A stretch of DNA of 60,380 nucleotides, counting the filler, from Basidiobolus ranarum (taxonomy: Eukaryota), in NCBI GenBank assembly GCA_040143965.1. It is 9 parts of 9 records of this genome, joined end to end, with 100 filler letters (N's around TTAATTAATTAA, not from the genome) between each part and the next. Parts side by side here need not be neighbours in the genome. Positions count along the whole stretch, not along the records: positions 47,071 to 53,676 come from JASJQH010001287.1; positions 53,777 to 60,380 come from JASJQH010001288.1; 7 more parts are not named here. One strand, 5' to 3'. How positions within the stretch are numbered: the stretch's first letter is position 1; each line of letters starts with the position of its first letter. A program made the position numbers and the translations under genes. Below, in pieces: positions 51,692 through 60,380 of this stretch. The notes beneath the pieces are model-generated. The model had not been told where the DNA came from. It saw only the letters and a list, made by a program, of their open reading frames with translations, and did not search any database.

Positions 51692-53045
51692 TTAGGTATT
51701 GATAGGTTTAGTAAGAACGCTGTTGATGAACACTTTGATAGAGGCCAATGTCTGCTTTCCTACTGGGATAATGTTCTGGGGTGGAAGGACGAAACCTGGA
51801 TTATTTTGCTTAGGGGAAAGCTCAACAGTCAATGAGGTACTTCTGAATTTTTGCCTTTGAAGAACTTCATCACTGTAGAACCAATCGGCAGCACTACCAG
51901 AAGCAATGTAGAGAGCGCTGATCTGCTGAGCAACGTATTGTTCATTAGGGTTTACACTGCGGATAGCACTCTTCATGTTCTTGGCCAACTCAGTGTATGG
52001 AGCAACAGTGGTAGGCTTGGAGTATGTCCAGGCATAGGGCCACATGATCAATTCACTGTAAGAGTGATAGTCAATAGCACCGGCAATATTGGTTTGTTGG
52101 AAGTAATAATTCATTAGAGCCTTTACTTCTGGTTCACTGGAGGCTGAAGGACCCATATAAGTATCACTGTTAGGACTGGTAGAGGAACCTCCTTTGTTCC
52201 AATGATCAGGCCAGTTACGATTCTATTGATGAAGAAAGAGATTAGTTTGGACATGGCACTGCATTAATCAAGTTAAAATACATTTCACTTACCAAATCAA
52301 CTCCGTATGATCCGCTGCCATTGCTTCGACGGTTCTTGCGCCACAAGCGGTCTCCGTTCCAAGTATACTCGTAGCCATCTGGATTCGATACTGGGATGAT
52401 GATGATCTCAGCATCATCTAGGATCTTCTTGATGCTTGCATCAGTGGCATACCCTGCGGCAAGGCCGTCTGCCACATACTGCATGGTGGTGGTGGCAATC
52501 CATTCTCTGGCATGTTGAAGGCCTTGGAACCAGATCTTCTTCTTTGTAGCTCCATTTTTGCTGGTGATTCTGAGAGCTGGAATGTCTTTGCCGAGGGTGG
52601 TCTTCCCGATGGATGGGACGAGGGTCACAAGATCAGGGTACTTTTTGGAGAGCTGTTGGAGCCACTGGACAATGTCAGTGAATGTATGATAGCTCTGGAA
52701 CCAAGTGGCATCATCCACTGCGCGTTTGGTCAAAGCAGCTTGCTTCAATGTCTTTGTCTCTTGGTCGATGCTCTCTTGAATATTCTCGATCAAGACTTCG
52801 GGCTGGAAGTCAGTGAGCCTCTCAACATCTTCGGGAGAAGCACGGATATGGAGAACGTCGGTTGATTTATGCCAGATATCAAAGTTATTCTTGCTGATGA
52901 AATCAAGGGCAGCATCCGAGTGTTTTAGCTGAATCAACTTGTGGTTATCGTAGCGAACTGAACGAGCCAAGAACTCAGTAACTGGAGCTGATAAAATCGC
53001 TGTAGTGGAAAGCAAGATCAAGGATAGAAGCGTAGAGCACCGCAT
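51692..53045 (-). CDS. Secreted zinc carboxypeptidase, M14A (prepro-enzyme); 2 exons
   Basis: Signal peptide MRCSTLLSLILLS, propeptide ending KR, then QHAREW, NPDGY, RLWRKNR, GVDL|NRNW (intron 52292-52223), DYHSYS and TVEL. Confidence 0.95.
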
Positions 53046-53676
53046 TGCAAAAGTTGAGTTTTGAATATCAAATGTTTTCTGCTTGAGTTTATCTTTCAAA
53101 TCGACTTTTATACATTCTAAAGAGTCCTCTTGAATGTATTGATGGGAATATCTGTGAACTTTATTAACACTTCTGTTCCGACGCAAAAGTATGATTACTA
53201 ACTTTGGTTCATATAACTGGTTTTTTTAACGCAAAAGTTAACAGCATATGTTCCGTATTTTTAGACTGTTGTGTGATTTTGGTACTGTTTTGCTTATTTA
53301 GTGACCAACTCCTGTAATGGATAACTTGCTCAGACTATCTTATACCAAAATCGGTTTAGTTTCTGTGTTAAAATAGAAGTCAAACAAGATTCTGAAATTA
53401 ACATGTCAGCATAAGGAAATTTATTGCACGTATGTCGGTTTCTTGACCAACTCTAAGTGATCGGCATAGATATGGCTTGTTAATGTGGGCTTTCGGGAAT
53501 GTGGGAATCACTCTTTTTTCTGAACCCAGAATATTCCTAATCATTCTGCAACTTTATTGGTTCTACATAAGACAAATGAGAAGTAGCTTCGTTGATAAGT
53601 GGAGTATCTTATCACATAATACGATCTAAGTATAATTGTTGAATATGAGTTAACATCAGGAGGGTGACGGGTATTG

Positions 53677-53776
53677 NNNNNNNNNNNNNNNNNNNNNNNN
53701 NNNNNNNNNNNNNNNNNNNNTTAATTAATTAANNNNNNNNNNNNNNNNNNNNNNNNNNNNNNNNNNNNNNNNNNNN
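53677..53776. other. Artificial contig linker
   Basis: N44-TTAATTAATTAA-N44. Confidence 0.99.
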
Positions 53777-53895
53777 TTTTTCCTTATGTAGCTTATCAAA
53801 GTGTCCGTCAATCTAATCACGGTAAACGATAAATAATATAGCTTTTATTTTCTGTAACCAACACGAACGCATTAAAATTTGGAAATACTGTGAAA

Positions 53896-54786
53896 ATGTC
53901 TGCATCCGTCGAATTAAAACGTCAAGCTTATGGTAAAGCTAAGGTCAGAGTAACTAAAGCTATTCGCCATTCGGCCGAATTAAACGATATCGTCGAGCTT
54001 ACCTGCCAAGTTCTTCTCGAAGGTGACTTCGAGGAGGCTTACACCAAAGCTGACAATGGCAAGGTAGTTCCTACAGACACCGTAAAGAACACTTGTTACA
54101 TCATTGCTAAGAAGTCGAACCATGTCCAAACTATCGAACGCTATGGTTATGAACTCGGCAAACATTTCGTCGACAAATACCCTCACGTAACCCATGCCCA
54201 TGTCCACATTGTTCAATATCGTTGGGCCAGAATCAACGTCGATGGTAAGCCTCACCCTCACTCTTTCTATCGCGATGGTGCGGAGACCAGACAAACCTGG
54301 GTAACTGTCACCGGAAATGACGTTAGTATCAAGTCTGGTTTAGAGGATTTGCTCGTGTTGAAGACTACTGGCTCGTCCTTCACTAACTTCCATCTCTGTG
54401 AGAATACCACCCTCCAAGATGCCGATGATCGCATCTTCTCCACCACTGTCAAGGCCCACTACAATATTGACACCTCTATCGGGATTGAGAACATTCCTTT
54501 TGATCAAATCTTTGATGGAGTTCGCAAGGCCACTATTGATGTATTCGCTCAAGATAACTCTGCTTCGGTGCAAGCCACTATGTATCGTATGGCTGATTTG
54601 ATCTTGCAGCGCTTTAGTGATGTTAAGGATGTACACTATGCCTTACCCAACAGTCATCACTTTACCACTAATCTTGCACCATTTAACCTTCCTAACTCCG
54701 GCCAAGAGATGACAATCTTCTCACCAATCACCGATTTCTCAGGCTACATTACTGCTACCATCGGTCGTCGTAACAACCGCATCTAA
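53896..54786 (+). CDS. UOX: Uricase (urate oxidase)
   Basis: YGKAKV, YTKADNGKVVPTDTVKNT, LLVLKTTGSSF, DRIFST, SASVQATMY and LPNSH. Confidence 0.96.
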   Translation: MSASVELKRQAYGKAKVRVTKAIRHSAELNDIVELTCQVLLEGDFEEAYTKADNGKVVPTDTVKNTCYIIAKKSNHVQTIERYGYELGKHFVDKYPHVTHAHVHIVQYRWARINVDGKPHPHSFYRDGAETRQTWVTVTGNDVSIKSGLEDLLVLKTTGSSFTNFHLCENTTLQDADDRIFSTTVKAHYNIDTSIGIENIPFDQIFDGVRKATIDVFAQDNSASVQATMYRMADLILQRFSDVKDVHYALPNSHHFTTNLAPFNLPNSGQEMTIFSPITDFSGYITATIGRRNNRI

Positions 54787-56233
54787 TCCATACCCCTTCA
54801 CTATGAATTTGCATAACCTATCCATCTGTTATCTCGAATAAAATTTGGTAGAACACATTGATTAATAAGAATTAAGTTGTTTACATATATTTAGTAACCA
54901 TATTTATATATTCTGTGCTAACCATCACGGAAATAAAGAAGTCCATGCTGCATTGTTTAACCTTCCAGAGGTTCAACTTGAGTATAGCGCTCACGCAGAT
55001 ATTGAAGACTCTGTCCTTATCATATAACAATGTGACTAGGCACTTTCACTGAACCACGATATAGAGCGCTATCAGTTTTTTGTGCAAACGTAGAGGCAAT
55101 CTTACCTAACACTGAATAAGAATATTAATTATGAAATTCACTACAGATCACCTACCCTGATGGAATCCCCCTAAATTTAACGCATAGATGTAGGAAAATG
55201 GCGAACAGCTAGTTCTAAAGTAATATACTTGTGAAGTGAAACGACTAAATCATTGTTATTGCAATGGTCTATTATCCTGGAGGAACTTTTTTATTGCATG
55301 TGATCTAATAATTCAAAACAAATGCCTAAAACAAGTACTAATGATAGCTTTTTCTCATGTATTCCAAAAGCAACTGCTGTAACCAGAGTGGATTAAGAAC
55401 TAAATACACCTGGAATGACCGGTTACGTGACCGAAAAATTACTTTAACAATCATATACTCGCCAATAATGCAGTTAAGATACTTCTTCAGGTATCTCTTT
55501 GAACCGGTCCACTGTGAGCTTGTCGTACAGGAAGATACATTTGCCAGTATATGATCCATACAAGGAATTAGATTAAACTTTAGAACATCCAAGGATTCTG
55601 ATTTGTTCTGACGTCAACTGACTTTTAATATGAGGTGACTTACGAGGTACTCATTGTGTTCTTCACGTGTTTAGTAACAGGTAAGGGAGATGTAATGAGA
55701 GTCACCATTGGTGAGGATAAGTGAAGACCCGCATATGCTAAAGTTAGGCCTGGCCATCCAGGAACGATATATTTGTTAGTAATTGGTTGAGATACTATTT
55801 TAATTACTGTGATTCATACTGATACGTCAGAAATGATGGAGAAAGTGAGTAAAGATCAATTGGCTGAACGATGTAACATTCCTGCAAAGATTTCTTGGTG
55901 CCGCTCAAGTACTTATTAAGAATTCTGGCAATTATAGGCGTCTTATTGGTTGATTTCAACTGAATAACCGTGGCAACCTAGAGTTTGAAGTAAACCTTAG
56001 GGTATAAACTTTTATCGTGACAAGTGGTAGCCATGCGAGCTCCAATTCGATGCTTACTGGTAGATCGACCTATCTCGAACCAGAAGTGAATAGGTGTCTC
56101 TTCCCTCGGAACCTTGATCTCCGCAGTGATTTAACAGCCATATGACTAACTTGGTATTTGAGTTCTATAAAAGGTCAAGAATCCTGCTCTAGAATTCGTA
56201 TTGTTGATATATTCATCGCTTCATTTGTAAAAG

Positions 56234-56863
56234 ATGCTCTCTGCTAATTGCGACTTACCATTATCCCTTTCACCTGAGTTGATCGTTATCGTTTTCAGTT
56301 ATTTACCGGCGTCTGATCTGTTCAGTTGCGCACTGGTCTCACAAGAATGGAGAGCCCTTTCTAATGAAGAAAGTTTATGGTTTGCTTTGTGTAAAAGTTC
56401 GTGGAAGAACAAGAAATCATGGTTAAGAGTTCTCCGTCAGATGGATTTACCAAAAGATAGTATCCATCGTCTATCCGCCTCTGGGATTGATGTAGCCTTT
56501 GAATCCAATGAGTTGCTATTTGGCTTAAACTATGCCCAGCAAGTAGCTCTGACGAACATAAAATCACCCAAATGGATGTTGCGCTATACTTCTGCTGTAC
56601 AGGAAAGTCAAAGGAAGCAAATTACGCCCAAGGATATGTGTGGAGAATGGGTCCTGCAAGTGGGAATACGCCAAAAGTGTGATCCCATTCAAGCCCAGTT
56701 TCATCCAGATTTTACCTATTACTCAGAGAATACTGGGTCTCTAAAATGGGAGATAATCGACAATACAGTTCGCATACAAGATTTCCCTCCTTTATGTGTA
56801 ACAAGAACTTCAGACTGGGGCTGGAAACTTTCTTGCCCTTATTTTACTTTCTACAGTACATAA
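56234..56863 (+). CDS. F-box protein
   Basis: LSPELIVIVFSYLPASDLFSCALVSQEWRALSNEESLW. TATA (ctataaaa) at about 56165. Confidence 0.88.
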   Translation: MLSANCDLPLSLSPELIVIVFSYLPASDLFSCALVSQEWRALSNEESLWFALCKSSWKNKKSWLRVLRQMDLPKDSIHRLSASGIDVAFESNELLFGLNYAQQVALTNIKSPKWMLRYTSAVQESQRKQITPKDMCGEWVLQVGIRQKCDPIQAQFHPDFTYYSENTGSLKWEIIDNTVRIQDFPPLCVTRTSDWGWKLSCPYFTFYST

Positions 56864-58099
56864 CCTGGCTATATCCATACTCTCATTCTCCATGCATTGT
56901 CTCATCAAGACAATCATCATTCATATCAAAAACGATAAAATTTATTTACAACAAGTAAAGAACTAGACGGTAAAGTTTGAATGTCCGGTTGTTATCTGAG
57001 TCAAACATGCGGTAGATTGTATATATACCTTAATATTCTTTTCAAGCCGCATTTGAACTTCTAGATAGTTGTACCAAATCATATAAATGCTAATCATAAT
57101 CCATCTGACTTGGATTGCTATTGGAATTGTTTTGAACTCAGGTGCAAGAAAAGCACCTGTAGATCTCGTCAAGATCCTCGTGATATGCTTATGAGTACAA
57201 ATTTTTCCAATCTAACACAGCTATTAAGCGGGCAGCTGATGCTAAGGCAAATGCTAAATAGTACTTTGATAGAATTCCTTGACAATCATGGTTAAAACTC
57301 AACCTCAAAGATAGAACCATACATGCAACAAAATATTATTGCTTTTTTACAGTTGACAACCATCAGTTCCGTTATTGAGAATACTTCCAATAGAGGAACG
57401 GTTCACTCAAGCGTTTAGTTAAAAATCATCGAAATTAGACAGCCATCTTTCTCTCATACCAATGGTAAGTTTGATTAACCAACTCAGTCGTTTCTCCATG
57501 TGGCCCTGCGGTTTAATATTTATAGAGATTGTCAATAAGATATCTTACGCAAGATGTTACCATTCTTTAAACTTCAAGAGAAGTAGTAGATGCGATTATC
57601 CACTTGTTACATTGTATATTCATATTCGATAACATAATCTAATCTTTTCTGATTGATCTTGCATTAAGCGGTCAAGTTTCTTTTGATCCATTCCTGGTCA
57701 AAGCCCAGTGGTTCCCAGTTGTATGAGACAAATCACATGTTGGACAAATTCCATTGGGCATAGGGATATTTCAGTTTGCATTCAAAGTATCCAAGAATCA
57801 TTCAAGTTAGTCCAGTTTCTCAATGGGATTAAGCCAAGTTGATAGTATTGGCCTATCTCTTTCTGAAGTTGATCTCCACAAAAGTTCCTCCTCCATAAAT
57901 ACGAAACAAATTAGGTAGGAAGTATACAAGTACGCATACACTATTTATATTGATATTCGGGATTTCGATGAATATATAGTTGCCGAGTCTTCAAATTAGT
58001 GCATGCAAACCAAGCATATTCTACATAGCTACCTCAAGTAAAAGCAAAATATAGTGGAAAAACTGTACCGCATTGTATTTTGTTCTTGATCTAAGTATA

Positions 58100-58800
58100 C
58101 ACCAATTGTGTATTGTAATTACGCCCTGATGTCCTTTTATGTGATTCATTTGCAGCATTTGAGAGCTAGTGGGTTTTATAATGGATTGGGTGGCAACACG
58201 ACTCTAACATCTTTTATGACAAGTTCTATTATTGCTGGTACAAACCAAGTTACAAGTGTAATCGATCTTGTGACATCGGTTAAGGCAGATTCTAGCGGTT
58301 TCCTAGCATGCGCGCACACAGTAGTTAGTATCCTGTGCTTCAGTAGTAATGGCCACAATATTAGCAACTAAAATCAAGCGAAGAGGAGAGAATTTCATAA
58401 TAGTTGGACTCTAAATTGAATGATGGAATCCCGAGAATATTACCAGCCTATATATAGGCTATCGGGCATTCATAGCCAGAGTGGCAAGTATATCCAAATA
58501 AATAGTATACCATCCTATGACTGAATGGATCACAACTCCTACAATAGAATTTCCAAGTATAACTACAAACTGAAATACTCCTAAAAAGTGTAATCCCAGC
58601 ATGCAGTGCACACCGTAAATGGTGCCACACTAGTTCCTTATGGTAGTTAATAGATCTTGTAGTACTAAATATTCCACCTGATTTCATGCTAATACACACA
58701 TATATGATACATGCAACAGAGAAAAACAGACGCACATTGAGGTCAACTTGTAAGCGATAGAGTTCTACATAGGTCCCATATTCACCTTTTTTGAAACAAT
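58100..58800 (-). pseudogene. Possible decayed membrane-transporter (MFS-like) gene remnant
   Basis: Hydrophobic fragments in shifting frames (GVVIHSVIGWYTIY; LVTWFVPAIIELV..VLP). The resemblance is weak. Confidence 0.2.
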
Positions 58801-59090
58801 GCTCTAGTGAACAGTGTCAAAGCTCAAAATTTTGTTATATGCAGTGTCTTGGAGTCATATAATCTCAAGAAGAGAGAACTGTTATTGGAATTGGTCTCGC
58901 CTATTGCTAGCTCTATAATTAGATTATTGTAGCCGAGATCTTTCCAAACCATGAAAGCTTGTATGTCTTAATTGCACGTATAGTCGTGAATAAGAGAAAG
59001 AGAGATAATATTAAGTAGAGCACGGTTAAGAAGAGCATTCAGTGAAAACAGCTAGTTAACACAACCGAATCACTGAATATGGTTTACAGC

Positions 59091-59419
59091 AGTTAATCAT
59101 ATGTATTGTTTATTGGAAGTGATTTGGAGAACTCGAACAGTTGGTGGATTTCACTTATGAATTTATTGAGTAGAAAGTTGACATTTATAGTTTTGTTATG
59201 AAGTAAACAAATAAGCGTGTAGAATGTATTAAGGAAGGTCACAGGAACATGTGCGCAAAGCTTGGGGCTTCTAGGGCAAGTTTTCAAAATCTTTATATCT
59301 TCAAATTTCTAAGTAAATTCCTCTTGAGAATAGTGGGTGATATCTTTGTGAAATATAGAATAACTAAATACTAAGCTATATATGACTATATGAATGTTTA
59401 ATTTATATTAATTTCAGCA
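59091..59419 (-). repeat. Solo copia LTR (family A)
   Basis: About 329 bp colinear with 561-888 (shared taactaaatactaagctatatatgactatat). Starts TGCTGAAATT, with no flanking internal sequence. Confidence 0.85.
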
Positions 59420-60380
59420 TTGTTTCATTGTAGATTGGCATGTAGTTGAAGTAACTATTCGCTATATCACATCTAAGTTGGTTATCACTGTTTGATTAAA
59501 TACCACTTGGCTGAAAACCAGAACATTCTTTTGATATATTTTGTGTTATCTAAGAATCAGCAATGTCATACCTAACCTTTCAAGGTAGTTTAATATGACC
59601 ACTATATGGTCCATTTTACTCACACGGGTGTTTTGAACTTAACCTCATTGTCTACCTTTTGTATTTTCACCAAAAAGTACAAACACTTCATTTCTGGTCA
59701 ATAAATAAACAACTCGCAAGTTAATCCCAGCTCCATTTCATAAACCATCCTCCTCAGAGCCCACAATTCCTCAGTACATATGCTATTATTAGTTAATGGT
59801 ATTGGGCACAATCAAGTAGCAGGAAAATAAGCTTTTAAGATGAAAGAGGTGTCATCAAGATGCTGAGAATCTTTTCAGATATACTTTTTAATTTTGAATC
59901 GAGTGATTTGCATCCACCTTTTTAATAAAATCAATCATATTAGTTTTGAATCAAGGATTATCGAGATGTCGCCGTTTGACCAAATAATCTAAATGTGATA
60001 CGCAAACTGATTCTACCTTCACTCTATATTACTGGATTTTTAAAGTATACATATAGTGATATCCTTGCATATCAACAGCTGCATTAGCAAACAACACTAC
60101 TAACTTGTGTGTATGTTGTACGAGAATGAAAGTTTACCAGGTACTTATTTATCTTGTCGCGCTCGATCTGCTCTAAAAGACTCAGTTGATCTTTTGTACG
60201 GAAATCACACAACTTTCATAAGTATTCAAAAAGGTCGTGTACTTTATGTACAAATGTAGATTATTTGTGCAATTTAAGGAATAGTATATTTATTGAAAAT
60301 GAGAAAAATATGGATATTAAGGGATTTCTGCACTTGATTGAATTTTTGTATCAATGAGAGTTCGGAAAGGTTGCAATGAG

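Noticed and set aside
6683..53732. TTAATTAATTAA recurring about every 6.7 kb as a periodic repeat or array
   Set aside because: Always centred in N runs; it is a synthetic six-frame stop linker.
34739..54636. Many antisense or alternative-frame ORFs over GCV3, TPS, RPL28, MTAP, carboxypeptidase and uricase
   Set aside because: These are shadow ORFs of codon-biased genes on the opposite strand or in another frame.
49235..54786. Apparent purine/nitrogen catabolism cluster (MTAP, carboxypeptidase, uricase) and GATA sites at 53590-53615 upstream of uricase
   Set aside because: Uricase is on a different contig, so the adjacency across the 53677-53776 linker is artificial.

Overview
This is eukaryotic, fungal DNA, not one continuous locus. 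Nine unrelated contigs of 6,638 to 6,604 bp, sorted by decreasing length, are joined by 100-nt linkers (N44-TTAATTAATTAA-N44). The many short introns and the gene set (animal-type TFB1M, BORCS8, eL28, CPSF30 with its zinc knuckle, fused TPS-TPP) point to an early-diverging non-Dikarya fungus, for example Zoopagomycota or Mucoromycota; this is inference. Contigs 2 and 5 consist almost entirely of decayed, CpG-depleted, nested Ty1/copia and Ty3/gypsy retrotransposons plus an unclassified ORF-bearing repeat. The other contigs carry a Zn2Cys6 TF, 6-phosphogluconolactonase, RPL41, Rab5/Ypt5, a C2H2 TF, glycine cleavage H, trehalose-6-P synthase/phosphatase, CPSF30, TFB1M, BORCS8, RPL28, Rab escort protein, RER1, a homeobox gene, MTAP, an M14 carboxypeptidase, uricase and an F-box protein. 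The best leads are: a 55-aa ORF below the ORF-track cut-off made of a spinophilin/Bni4-type PP1-docking module plus a CaaX box; a TPS-TPP fusion with both catalytic motif sets intact; a homeobox gene whose frame-preserving intron lies behind two in-frame TAA codons; and an unrecognised repeated ORF.
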